Shown one piece after another: positions 23,901 through 35,904 of a DNA stretch of 64,000 nucleotides. The translations under genes and the position numbers were made by a program. The notes beneath the pieces were generated by a model. It ran no database searches. It saw nothing but the letters and a program-made list of their open reading frames with translations, and was not told where the DNA came from. The DNA comes from Tubulanus polymorphus (Eukaryota > Animalia > Nemertea), in the NCBI RefSeq assembly GCF_964204645.1, contig NC_134025.1, positions 31,600,299-31,664,298 on the forward strand, given 5' to 3'. Numbering within the stretch: the first letter of the stretch is position 1; each line of letters begins with the position of its first letter.

Positions 23901-26861
23901 AGTGTGCAGTGATCGATCTAATACCGAGGTAACTATTCACTGTTACAGTTAGTGTGCAGTGATCGATCTAATACCGAGGTAACTATTCACTGTTACAGTT
24001 AGTGAGCAGTGATCGATCTAATACCGAAGTAACAACATTATATCAATTCAGTGAATTCACTGGTTACTTCAGTTGCATAGTTGTGCAGTTTGTATCTATG
24101 AGTATTAACTCATCGGATAATAAACTCGGACTCACAACTGTGGAACTGGATCCTGGATATTCCTGGACCTTGTTTTGCAGTTTTAGATTGAAATGACTCT
24201 CAGAGTTAACTTACAGTTGACTTAGCTCAGGTCTAGAGCAAGGAGCAGTGGACTGATTTCTACTCTAACTTGTAACTGGATCCTAGATATTCCTGTTTTG
24301 TAACTTATCAAAAATTGTCCAATTCTAGAAAATAATTCTCATATTTTGTCAATGTTTATTTTTTTCAGGTTTTTCAGAAACATTTGTCGAAACACGACGA
24401 ACTTCGCGGAATTTTATCGCAGAATTTATCGGCGCAGGACAACATCCTACACGCGCTGACAGACGCTAACGCCGAGTTCGCTAAACTTAGAAAATCATCG
24501 GCCGAAATCATCCACCAGAGGGAGCAAGCGATCGCTAATCTAAAACAAGCGTTCGAGTCGAAAGATGAATTATTGTCGAAAGCTTCAAAAGGAATAGAAT
24601 TTTACGAGAAATTAGATTCAAACGTGACTCGTTTGATTCAGAGATTGAAAGGAGTTTTAAAAGTTCAAGACGAAGAAAGAAAACAGATTTTAGACAGACT
24701 ACTGCCTAAAGGTAATACTTTATCCCATCACCAGGTGGCGTGATTGATGGCGATCAGTTTTACGTCGTTGTTGATTACGAACAACGCCATCTGGTGTCGC
24801 TTTGCCGCATTAGTGGTGAGGTTAAATTGGAAGTTATTGATTGTATTTTCAGTGGCTCCACCTCCGAGACCATCCGCTCCTAAACCTGGATTAACAACTG
24901 GTATTACTGCTGGATTAATAACTAATCCACCTTACGATATGACATTCGCTGATATTCCCGCGATATCGACCTCTCCAGCTGCTCCAGCAGCAGCTCCAAC
25001 TCTGAAAGATTTCTTACCATTCATGAAACCTAAAACATTCGGCAATTTAAAAAATACGCAACCTGGACAAAACTATCAGGTCCCACCACCAGGGGGAGTT
25101 ACTATACCTCAGTCATTATCTAATAATCAATCAGGAGTTCAGCCTGGGATTGCCCCTGGAGTTCAGCCTGGAGTTACTCCTGGAGTTCAGCCTGGGATAG
25201 CCCCTGGAGTTCAGCCTGGAGTAACCCCTGGAGTTCAGCCTGGAGTTCAGCCTGGAGTAATTACTGATAGCTGCTCTCGTACTGTAGACTCACTACATAC
25301 ACCTATAGCATCTCCAGGGGAACCTACACCAGTTCCCTCTAGTGACCAGTCACAGAATCCTTTATCATATCCTTCTAATTATCAACCTCCGGGCCAGCAG
25401 CCCGCTGTGAGCCAGCAGTCGGCCCCGGGCCAGCAGCCTGCTGCGAGTCAGCACCCTATGGTCAGTGTTCATCAAAACATCAGTAATAACACAAACCAGA
25501 ACTATATCCCTCGGCAACAACCTCACAATCATCTACCAGCTTCATATCCATCTCACCAGGGGGCACCACATAGTTACCCTGTTGCTCAGGAGCCACAAAA
25601 TTATACAACTCAAGGGCGACCACAAAACTACACGGCTCCTCATGGGCAAACCCAAAACTACACGGCTCCTCATGGGCAAACCCAAAACTACATGGCTCCT
25701 CATGGGCAAACCCAAAATTACTCGGCTCCTCATGGGCAAACGCAAAATTACTCGGTTCCTCATGGGCAAACGCAAAATTACTCGGCTCCTCATGGGCAAA
25801 CGCAAAGGTTCCCAGCACCCCAAGGACTGATTGAGCAGGGGAACTCTGAAAATTACTCTACACTCCAGGGGCAGTTTCAAAGTTATCCGCACCAGGGGGC
25901 ACCACAGAATAATCCTGTTTCCCAAGGGCAACCAAAAAGTTACACTGCGTCGCAGGTACAGCCGCAAAGGTTTCCGGCATCGCACGGCGAGCAATCTCAG
26001 AGGTTCTCTACTCATCAGGGACTTCCGCAAAATTACAACTCTGTACAGGGGCAATTACAAGGTTACACTGTACCCCAGGGACAATTACAAGGTTACACTG
26101 TACCCCAGGGACAATTACAAAGGTTCCCTGCATCTCATGGGCAACCACAAAGTTACAGCATCCCCCAAGGACAACAATACAGTTATCCCGCATCGCTGGG
26201 ACAACCACAGAATATCACTGCATCCCTGGGACAACCACAAGGTTACATCCCGTCACAGGGACAATCACAAAGATTCCCTGATCCTTCAGGGCAGTCGCAA
26301 AATTACATGGCTCCTCACGGGCAACAGCAAAATTATACAGCCCCTCAAGGGCAATCACAAAGGTTTCCTGATCCTTCAGGGCAGTCGCAAAATTACATGG
26401 CTCCTCACGGGCAACAGCAAAATTATACAGCCCCTCAAGGGCAATCACAAAGGTTTCCTGTTCCTTCAGGGCAATCACAAAATTACAAAGCTCCTCACGG
26501 GCAAGCACAAAATTACAAAGCTCCTCAAGGGCAACTGCAAAATTACACAGGTCCTCAAGGACAGGCCAAAACTGTTGCTACTCAAAGACATATGACTCCT
26601 TACCCTGCACCACAGGGTCAGCCACAGAACTACCCTCCCAGTTCAAACTATCCTGCAAGCAACCAACAATCTGTATCCAACCAATCAACACAACAGAATT
26701 ACAAAATGACTACATCACAACAACTGAATTACCCAGGACAAACTTCGTCATCACATGGGCATCTTCGAACTGCCCAGGGATCAGTTTACACAGGGCAACA
26801 GAATTATCAGCAACCTCAACAGCAACAGAGCTACCCTCAACTTCTACAACATATCTCTCAG

Positions 26862-26896
<35 letters not shown>

Positions 26897-29800
26897 GAGC
26901 TATCATCAACCTCCACAACCTATCTCTCAGCAGCCGCAGCAGCAGCAGCAACAGCAGCAGCAGAACTATCATCAGCAACCTGTTGTCTCTACTGATAAAC
27001 CAATAGTATCATCATCAACTACTACAACACAGATCAGTGCATCTAATCAACAACTACAGTATGTACCTGGGGCTCAACAAATCCCCCCTGTATCTCAGTA
27101 TGGGGCACCTGTATCCCAATACGGGGCTGCAACTAGGTCCCCTCAACATCAGATCCCACGCTTCATAAATCAGCAACAACAACAACCGGCTAACTCTGTG
27201 ACAACTCAACAAACAATGAGTGCGTATCCGCAGCAACAGATACAGCAGACGCTGCCAGCACCAGTGGTGCCACCTATAAACCAATCTTATCCAAGCGGTG
27301 TTTATCAGCAGACGGCACCGGTATCTTATCAACAGTCTCAACAATCGATAGAATTAAACAGACAAACATCGACAACATCTTCAACGGATGATCTGTTGTC
27401 GAGCAGCCCAGATCTGAGAGATGTTGCCAGCAACGCGAGCGTTTTAACTCCTAAAGTTCTAACAGAGGAAGATTTAAAAAGAGAGAAAGAAGAGAAATTA
27501 AGGAATACGATCTGTTCTCAGAAATCTGATCCGTTAGCAGATAATTTATTACTGGATAAATTTGTTTGGGAAGTTGAACAATTTCGGAAGCATGTTTGTA
27601 ACATGGTGCATCGTGATGAACAGGGAGGTTCGGAGTTCGACAAAATTTGGAAGGTAAAGAATTAATACGCGTTCTCCATTTGAATTTTAGATACAAGGAC
27701 TGGTGAAATAAATTATTATTGTTGTATATTTCTAGGAGTTGAATGATGAAATGGAAGTTGATTCACGCAAGCGTACGATGGTTATTTCTAAATGTTACAC
27801 TATGAAAAATAGACAACCGGACATTGTGCCTTGTAAGTATAAATCCTACCACTAGGGGGCATTCCTCTGACCCTCGCTAGTAGGAGTCACTAGTGATGGT
27901 TGATTATTTGTGTTTGTATTTTAGATGATGACTCAAGAGTCATCCTCACGACTCAGAAAGATGACTATATTAATGCTAGTTACATCGATGTAAGTTCAAT
28001 TTACTGTTCAATGGTGAAATACTGATTGCTGCTTCCATTAAATCACCCTATGACATCACTATTGTTATTGTTGTTACAGAGTTTAGCTGCATCTTGTCCT
28101 AAATTCATAGCTACACAGTCCCCTCTACCGGTCACGTATGTAGACTTCTGGCTGATGGTTTGTGAACAAGGTTCAGAGATAATAGTCATGTTAATCAATG
28201 ATGCGCAAACTAATAAGGTACATTTATGATATTACTAATAACTTGATTCTTCTCTACAGCTCTCCACCCCCGACAATTGATCGTTTGAATCCTGACAGTG
28301 ACAGAGTTTCTTTCTGTGGTTCTTCTCTACAGCTCTCCACCCCTGACAATTGATAGTTAGAATCCTGACAGTGACAGAGTTTCTTTCTGTGGTTTTCTGA
28401 GCTCTCCACCCCTGACAATTGATAGTGTGAATCCTGACAGTGACAGAGTTTCTTTCAATGGTTCTCTGAGCTCTCCACCCCTGACAATTGATAGTTTGGA
28501 TCCTGATAGCTGCAGAACTACTCTGAACTAGAGTCTTCTTTGAGACCTGACAGTGTTCTAGTATTATATGTACAATGAATATTTCAGAGTAAACCACACG
28601 TATATTGGCCGACAGAGAAGGGTAAATCTATCAGTCACGGTCCGATACAGTTAACTCTACAGAGTATCAAAGAGAAAGAACATTCTGTCGAAAGATTGAT
28701 CACTTTAACGAATAAAGAAACAAAAACAAGTCGAACTTTATTTCATTTACAATTCACTGACTGGAATTCATGGTAAGTTTGAAACCGGTTTTAACACATA
28801 GGTTGAGGTTTAAACCAGTCCCTCGATCCAGTTACTCAGAGCTGCCAACTGTTCCTGATTTTCAGTATTTGTTACTCTTTTATAATGAGAAATACTGATT
28901 AGATTTGTTTGATGCATATGAGAAATCAGAAAGATGTAACTGGTGCTTTTACTGTTGATAACTGATTAATTTGAACAGAAATATGAAAGATGTTACTGAG
29001 GGTCTTACTATTGATTACTGATTAATTTGAACATTTTCTTTCATAATTAAATGAAATGTTACTGAAAAAAATTCAATTTGTTACTGATTTGGAACTTAAA
29101 GCTTTGTAACTTGATGCTATTATATATTTCAGTACGACGCCGACAACTTGTCATCCTATCATACAGTTCATATCTGAAGTTCATTGTTTATACAAACAAC
29201 AGAGGAATTTAATACGTCCAGTAATAGTTCACTGCAGGTAATAAAAACTATCATTTAAAACCATATCTACCACATTTCTCTACTTAAACGTAATGATAAT
29301 GAGTACAATGTATGATTTATATTGTAGCTCTGGAGTGAATAATACAGCTGTATTCTGTATTCTGTATACAGCAATACAGGAAATCAATATGGGAAACGGA
29401 TTAATCAATGTTCCAGATACAATACGTACATTACGTCAGAAACGTAAATATATGATCGAAGATAAAGAACAGCTGCTCTTCTGTTACGAGGCTGTTTTAT
29501 ATTACGCTCAACATGTTCTCGTTAAACGTAAGTTTTACAACTATACAACACACTTAAAACAGCGGCCATTTTGGATCCATTTGCTGCCTAGCAACTAACT
29601 CTTTCACCCAAATTGCAGCATTTATATGAGATTGTTTGATTTATGTATTGAGTTGTAAGTTGTATATTGTAAGTTGTAAGTTGTATATTGTAGGTGGAGT
29701 TGTAAGGAAACCGTGTGAGAAGAAACCGGATAAAAGTCAAAGATCAGCAGACGACACAACAATACTCGGCGAACTGTCCTCGTTTAAAGATATCGAATCT

Positions 29801-30205
29801 ACCGTTGCTAAGTTACATGTTCGCGAAAAACCACCTGCAGATGGCACTGAACAAAACGGACATGTAGAGGGCGTTACCGTCGAGCCAATCATACCGGAGT
29901 CAGTAGAAACACCTGTGAATAGAAGTAGATCTAACTCGGGGAGTTCGAGTCGTAGTGCTCAGTCATTAGGGAATCAAACTCATTCAGTTACGAGTTCACC
30001 TCAACATTCAGTAAGCCTATTTAATTTACCAGCGAGTTTAGCTAGTGTTCAGAATGCTGATTTATTTACCCTACAGGACGAGGGTTCAGCGTCTGGTAGA
30101 CGCACGAGTAAATCTAGTTTTACTAATCCTACCAGACACGTTGAAGATAAACTCAATCCTGACGATCCATTAGAACAATTAGATCCGCTATGGTCCATTA
30201 AATAG
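17935..30205 (+). CDS. PTPN23: Tyrosine-protein phosphatase non-receptor type 23 (HD-PTP): Bro1 + V/coiled-coil + Pro/Gln-rich + PTP domain, ~20 exons including a 2.8-kb exon 24853-27653
   Basis: Starts MEAVPRMPMISFDLK (human MEAVPRMPMIWLDLK). Bro1 motifs FELASILYNIGALHSVLGA, GMKISCTHFQCAAWAF, AQAQECILEKS, LRFTMDVVGGK, NAMIYHEKVP; PPPRPSAPKP; PTP motifs KNRQPDIVPYDDSRV, DDYINASY, FIATQSPL, VIVHCSSG. C-terminus DDPLEQLDPLWSIK*. Confidence 0.97.
20104..20492. repeat. Tandem array made from a PTPN23 exon end plus 5' splice site (18/39-bp units)
   Basis: Units AACTGTATCAAACTAGCTAAA(G/A)TAAGTATCAAA.. copy the exon end ENCIKLAK|gtaagt at 20128/20129. Confidence 0.93.
21572..21678. repeat. 35-bp repeat x3 ending at a PTPN23 acceptor
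   Basis: GAATCTAGGAGTATATAATGTAATACTGATTGTAT at 21572, 21607 and 21642. Confidence 0.9.
21846..22290. repeat. Two abutting minisatellites: 15-bp AATCTCAGTTC(CCG/TCT/CCT)-type units, then 21-bp ACAGTTGTGGACTCAAGTTC(C/T)
   Basis: Visible tandem units in a PTPN23 intron; they explain the ORFs at 22012, 22098 and 22100. Confidence 0.92.
22750..23100. repeat. 16-bp CTGCTTGCCC(G/T)GGACT array grading into a longer composite unit
   Basis: Tandem units in a PTPN23 intron; later units add GGGCTGATTAGCCCTGATTATCATGTGCC. Confidence 0.92.
23442..24035. repeat. 50-bp minisatellite x12 spanning a PTPN23 exon/intron junction
   Basis: Unit TTAGTGAGCAGTGATC(A/G)ATCTAATACCGAG|GTAACTATTCACTGTTACAG. The first unit is the true exon end (LVSSDQSNTE, donor at 23479). 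Confidence 0.97.
28255..28510. repeat. ~70-bp minisatellite x4 in a PTPN23 intron
   Basis: GCTCTCCACCCCTGACAATTGATAG..GAATCCTGACAGTGACAGAGTTTCTTTC at ~28259, 28332, 28401 and 28470. Confidence 0.9.
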
Positions 30206-30310
30206 TGTGAGACTGCGCTGAATAGCGGTATCTAGGAAATTGTAATTTACCCTTGCATAGAATGTTTATTTATACATTTATATATGTCTCATAGATATTT
30301 ATTTAAAAAC

Positions 30311-30400
30311 TGTAATACATGTGTAATACGTGTGTAATACATGTGTAATACATGTGTAATACGTGTGTAATACATGTGTAATACATGTGTAATACATGTA
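30311..30400. repeat. 11-bp TGTAATAC(A/G)TG array in the PTPN23 3' UTR region
   Basis: ~8 tandem units just before AATAAA at ~30412. Confidence 0.85.
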
Positions 30401-32389
30401 TCCTGCTATTTAATAAATAGTACATTCTCAACCTCTTGTATTCTGTATGTTGCCAAAACATTTATGGAAAAATTATTATTATTAAAATTATCAATATTTA
30501 TTATGATGAACACATGATTAATTTCGATTGATACCATCCCCTGATACAGTCAGGATTGCATTTATTATTACACTGTTTTTGTTCTCTATAATCAAGCTGT
30601 GATACTGGACACCTCTTTGGATCAATGTGTGTAAAATACATGTTTAATTGTTGCTTATTTTTGGGAGTGTTTGTTCTAGTTCAACATGAACCGAACATTA
30701 GCTGCAGTACAGTACCGTACTCTACACTGCATGCCAGTGCTGGATTTTTTATTGCTGCTTCGCTGACAGAATTTTGTGATAAAATTATCTTCATGTTGTA
30801 ATTAGGTGTTAAATAAATCATTTATCAAATGTAATCCTTGAGTGAACTTGTTGCGAGTTTTATATTGGGTTTTTTGAAACCTTTTGGGATGATTTGACGG
30901 CTGAATTTGACACTGTCAAAGCGCAGAGGACAAATTTCTGATTCTGAACCCACGCAACACCAGCTGCCTCAAGATGACCACTTAGAACAATCGCGAAATA
31001 CATCATCATGGATTTATTATAATGCTCATTACAATATGCAAAATCATGCTGATTTTACTGAATATTAAGAGAAACGACTGTAGTTCATCAACCCGCCGTT
31101 TTACGTTAGTTCACAGATATTCCGCCAGGGGACCGTACGGTGCTGCCACCAAGTTTCCGGCAAACGTACTGGTTCTCGGAAATAACGTGGAAGTCACGGT
31201 GGCAGCACCTGGCGGTCCCCTAGCGGAGTTTCTATTAACTAACGGAATACGGCGGGTTAGGTCGCCGGAGCAGCCGCCATCCGGGAAGTATCCCCAAGCG
31301 GTAGTAACTGCTGAGACCAGACTTCTGTGGCGCAGTTCGAGTCGCGACGCGTCGCCGCGAAACTTCAATTCGTCGCGCTCTATTCGCGGGAGGCATTTAT
31401 TATACCCACCCATTAACCCACTCTAAAACATCTTGTGGAGCATCACTACTAGATTGCAAACATTCACTCCGTTAACAGTTTCTCATTCGATCGTTCAAAA
31501 TATGCTCTTTCACATTCACTTGATTTGGAGGCCGATGGGTGTGGACAAAGAGCACAATTTTCACCCCTAACATGCTAGAAGTTGTGAAATTGCTTTGCAT
31601 TTCATTTTCACTTTGCGCGAGGAGTCCTGAGACCCGACAAGCCTGGGTACTCGTTAAACAGTTAAAAAAAGTTCCACTTGAAAATGCCCCCATCCCCCCA
31701 GACATGGCTGGCAACGGGCCTGCTAGTGACCGGTTCACTATCGGTAGTACCTGCTACCATTTTCACTGTTGTCGGGTTCACGGGAGTTTCAAGGCCAGGC
31801 GTCGTCTAACATTGGCTATATCCTGATGTTGAGGATTTACAGAAAACTCTGAACTCTGATATATGAATATATACATATATATCGCAACGTGCTACCTGTG
31901 AACCATCAATTAATGGTATCAAAAAGCTTAAATTTCATAGGTTGTTTCTGCTGTAAAAACATTTTAAACTCAGATTTAGAAATACATTCGTGAAATTATT
32001 TTTATGACTCGCGATACAGATACTGATAATGCTGCAGCCGCTAATTAGGGTTTGTACGACACCAAACACAATCTGTTTCTTTCTCGCATAGAGTAGATTG
32101 GACCGCGGCATCATCCGCTCCGAAAGATGCAAAATTCAGTAAATGTTGCATCTGAGTCTCTTGAAAATATCTCACGGCTGATATTACCGTCATGTTTATT
32201 GTAAGTTTGCTAATTACAGGATTATTTCACGGTTGGTAAAAACTGCTTATCGTTTAAACTAAATCGTCGAAACGAGACAAATTTATAGAGAATCAGCCTC
32301 TGAAGACTGTGTACTCAACATTCAATTGACTCTTCACTTAAAGACAATTCAACCATTAGAACAGTCTTACACAGAGGTACTGCTGATAA

Positions 32390-33475
32390 ATGTTTGATAA
32401 CATTTCTAGTATCAGTACCACAATGAGTGGTACAGCAATTAAACTCACCTCGTGTCAACGGTTTCAAACTCGTCCGGTTCAATTCAAGTTAAAAATCACT
32501 GTGTTAATATATTTGGGATGTTATCTCCCCGCGTCAGTACTGGGTATAACATTTAACGCATTCACGCTGTTTGTTCTAAAACAATTTAAATCTGATGTTT
32601 ATTTTCTCATCAAAATTCTCGCTGTAAACGATCTTTTGTTTATGATCACCACATTCATTCTGTATCCGCTGAGAACTGCATACATTTACGCTGTTTTGGG
32701 AGATATTGTGTTTCGCATGAACGAATGGAATTTTGGGTGGATTTTTATTTCAATATCTTTGCCGTTTTTCTATATATTTCAGATGACACGAAACTGGTGC
32801 ACTGTACTGCTCAGTCTAGAGCGGTTAATCGTCGTATTGTTTCCTATCAAATCCCGTAGAATTCCTAAAAAGTTTATCTCAAAATATACGATATTGTTTA
32901 TTTCATTTCTCGGATTATGTGGACATTTTGGTCAGTTTTTACCCAGACTACATCTTGGATTCATGAACTGTCCAGAATATTGGCCATACATCACGTGGCG
33001 TGTCAGGAAGATCCGTTACACCGGTATTAACATTGGATATTGGATCTATCAATTTTCGGAGAGGTTTTTATTCCTGTATCTAACTGTTATGTTACCAATG
33101 TGCTTTCTAGTTTTTATAAATCTAATTCTTATTTCGGTGACATTTTATCGTCGGGTTACTCGACGTTCAGAACTCGGTGTAACTGATGAATCGTCTAGAA
33201 GAGAAATGAGGGTTTTAAGGATGGTTTTATCAGTAGTTCTAGTGTTTATTGTTTGTGAAGGTTTCGGTTTTGTGGACCGTTTAAGAAATTTAGGTCACAT
33301 TTCGTTTCGTTTCCCCGTTGGTTTTAGACAAATCACTTTGGCATTTTCAATCGTCGATTCTTCAGTAAATTTTATCGTCTATTGTGTTACAAATGACAAA
33401 TTCAGAAAAACGGCCCTTAAAATAGTGTGCATGCACAAGTGTATAGTACAGACCCAGGAGCACCCGGCCGTGTAG
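32390..33475 (+). CDS. Intronless rhodopsin-class GPCR (FMRFamide-receptor-like/Srw-type, probably chemosensory), copy 1
   Basis: Seven hydrophobic segments; LAVNDLL (TM2), RNWCTVLLSLERLIVVLFP (TM3), LPMCFLVFIN (TM5), DSSVNFIVYC..NDKFR (TM7/H8); N-terminal NIS sequon. Confidence 0.9.
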   Translation: MFDNISSISTTMSGTAIKLTSCQRFQTRPVQFKLKITVLIYLGCYLPASVLGITFNAFTLFVLKQFKSDVYFLIKILAVNDLLFMITTFILYPLRTAYIYAVLGDIVFRMNEWNFGWIFISISLPFFYIFQMTRNWCTVLLSLERLIVVLFPIKSRRIPKKFISKYTILFISFLGLCGHFGQFLPRLHLGFMNCPEYWPYITWRVRKIRYTGINIGYWIYQFSERFLFLYLTVMLPMCFLVFINLILISVTFYRRVTRRSELGVTDESSRREMRVLRMVLSVVLVFIVCEGFGFVDRLRNLGHISFRFPVGFRQITLAFSIVDSSVNFIVYCVTNDKFRKTALKIVCMHKCIVQTQEHPAV

Positions 33476-34089
33476 TCGGGTAAAATAACTGGTGCCGCCC
33501 CGGGACGATCAGATATTGGAAGAAAGAATGGTCGAGGGGTACAGAGGCTCCAGGGTTAGACAGTATGGAATATTAACGGGAGCTCAGAGTTTAACGGTTT
33601 CCAGCTCAGTTACCGTCAGTATCAATGGTCGAGTTTTAACGGACATTTTAAGCACACAAGCCCAAACCTATATAGCTGCATCATATCTGAAATTGTGAAC
33701 ACAAAGTACATATTGTAATTCATCGTCGAATGTGCGCATAAAACAAGGTTTGCACTTAGCCCACTCACGTCCATGAAGTCAATATCAAGGAATGTTTATT
33801 CAAAAAAGGAAATATGTCAACTAAATAAGACATAGTGAAATAGAAACATGTAAATATCAAGTCTTTTGGTACCAAAGAATAGACCAGATCCAAAACAACC
33901 CGCCACACTCCACTAAGCGCTAGACCCGAAAGAGCTGAAGACCAGGTTACAAACAGGTTACAAACCGAAATATTAAGTTCACTGCAGTTATCAGTTCTAA
34001 TAATGATGATTGCTGATAATATCCTGCAGTAAATTCTGAAATCAGCCAATTGAGACGGCCTTTTTCAAAAATATCAAAAATATTCCTAA

Positions 34090-34253
34090 TTAACCCTAGC
34101 TGACACATAACCCTAGGTGTTCCCGATAACCTAACCCTAAATGGTCTTAGGCTAGTCCGCCATAACCCTAACCCTAGCTCGGCTGAGACTCGAACTCGAG
34201 TCTCTCAAGTGCAAAGCCAGAGTGTCTACCAATAGACCATAGAGTTCTGGTGA
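34090..34253 (-). mobile_element. tRNA-derived SINE-like element with TTAGGG-rich tail, copy 2
   Basis: The reverse complement reads TCACCAGAACTCTATGGTCTATTGGTAGACACTCTGGCTTTGCACTTGAGAGACTCGAGTTCGAGTCTCAGCCGAGCTAGGGTTAGGGTTA, near-identical to 6841-6931. Confidence 0.75.
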
Positions 34254-34842
34254 CTGGCTAGGTTTGTAAGTTTGTCTGGTCAGTGTAGTGACTGGTGACT
34301 GGTCACGTGTGGTGGCTGTTAGATAATTTCCAAGGTCACTACACAGTTCTCAGTTGTAAATCATGATGTCTGATAAAATCCTGATGTTGAGGAATGCAGT
34401 AAACTCAGCATACATGTACATCATTTATTAATGGTATGAAAATAGCTTCAATTTCATAGTATGTCAAATTTCTGCTGTGAGAATTAACAATTTTAAATTG
34501 CGAAATAACGAGGTGTTTTCGATGATTCGTGATACTGATATCGGCTGCAGCCGCTAATTAGGGGTTTGGTCGATACCAGACACAATCTACGTGTATTTCT
34601 CACTCTGATTGGAGATTGGACCGCGGCATCATCCGCTCCGAAAGATGGGAAAATCAGTAAATGTTGCATCTGAGTCTCTTGAAAATATCTCACTGATATT
34701 ACCGTCAGAACTAAATCGTCGAAACGAGACAATCCTATGTAGAATCAGCGTATAAAGAAACGTGGACTCAACATTCAATTGACTTTTCACTTACAGACAA
34801 TTCAACCATTAGAACAGTCTTACACAGAGGTACTGCTGATAA

Positions 34843-35904
34843 ATGTTTGATAACATTTCTAGTATCAGTACCACAATGAGTGGTACAGCAATGCAACTCA
34901 CCTCGTGTCAACGGTTTCAAACTCGTCCGGTTCAATTCAAGATAAAATTCAATGTTATAATGCAGTTGGGATGTCATCTACCCGCGTCATTACTGGGTAT
35001 AACATTTAACGCATTCACGCTGTTTGTTCTAAAACAATTTAAATCTGATGTTTATTTTCTCATCAAAATTCTTGCTATAAACGATCTTTTGTTTATGATC
35101 ACGACATTCATTCTGTATCCGCTGAGAACTGTCTACATTTACGCCGTTTTGGGAGATATTTTGTTTCGCGAGAACGAATGGAATTTTGGGTGGATTTTCA
35201 TCTCAGTCGCTGCGCCGTTTTTCTATATATTTCAGATGACGCGAAACTGGTGCACTGTACTGCTCAGTCTAGAGCGGTTAATCGTCGTATTGTTTCCTAT
35301 CAAATCCCGTAGAATTCCCAAAAAGTTAATCTCAAAATATACGATATTGTTTATTTCATTGCTCGGATTTTGTGGACATTTTTGTCAGTTTTTACCCAGA
35401 TTCCATCTTGAATTCCTGAACTGTCCAGAATATTGGCCATACATCACGTGGCGTAACCGAAAGATGCTGATCCATTACACCGGTATTGACCTTGGATACT
35501 GGATCTTCGTATTTTCGGAATATTTTTTTTTCATGTACCTAACTGTTGTGTTTCCAATGTGCTTTTTAGTTTTTATAAATCTAATTCTGATTTCGGTGAC
35601 ATTTTATCGTCGGGTTACTCGACGTTCAGAACTCGGTGTAACTGATGAATCGTCTAGAAGAGAAATGAGGGTTTTAAGGATGGTTTTATCAGTAGTTCTA
35701 GTGTTTATTATTTGTGAAGGTTTCGGTTTTGTCGACCGTTTAAGAAATTTAGGTTTCATTTCGTTTTATTTCCCCGTTGCTTTTAGACAAATCGCTTTGA
35801 CATTTTCAATCATTGATTCTTCAGTAAATTTTATCCTTTATTGTGTTACAAATGACAAATTCAGAAAAACAGCCTTTAATTATTGTGCATGTACAAGAGT
35901 ATAG
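34843..35904 (+). CDS. Intronless rhodopsin-class GPCR, copy 2 (tandem paralog)
   Basis: Colinear with copy 1, including flanks (units ~31821-33751 and ~34379-36328). C-terminus differs through a 1-nt frameshift after FRKTA. Confidence 0.9.
   Translation: MFDNISSISTTMSGTAMQLTSCQRFQTRPVQFKIKFNVIMQLGCHLPASLLGITFNAFTLFVLKQFKSDVYFLIKILAINDLLFMITTFILYPLRTVYIYAVLGDILFRENEWNFGWIFISVAAPFFYIFQMTRNWCTVLLSLERLIVVLFPIKSRRIPKKLISKYTILFISLLGFCGHFCQFLPRFHLEFLNCPEYWPYITWRNRKMLIHYTGIDLGYWIFVFSEYFFFMYLTVVFPMCFLVFINLILISVTFYRRVTRRSELGVTDESSRREMRVLRMVLSVVLVFIICEGFGFVDRLRNLGFISFYFPVAFRQIALTFSIIDSSVNFILYCVTNDKFRKTAFNYCACTRV

Noticed and set aside
23442-24035. CRISPR-like 50-bp periodicity
   Set aside because: No variable spacers; the unit is a copy of the host exon/intron junction.
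25465-27344. Overlapping alternative-frame and antisense ORFs in the PTPN23 large exon (and 8982/9085 in HYLS1, 55929-57089 in Fz5/8)
   Set aside because: Shadows of repetitive or codon-biased real coding sequence.
31022-31826. ORFs of 88-134 aa in a GC-rich patch
   Set aside because: No recognisable motifs; the region contains inverted repeats and MITE-like ends.
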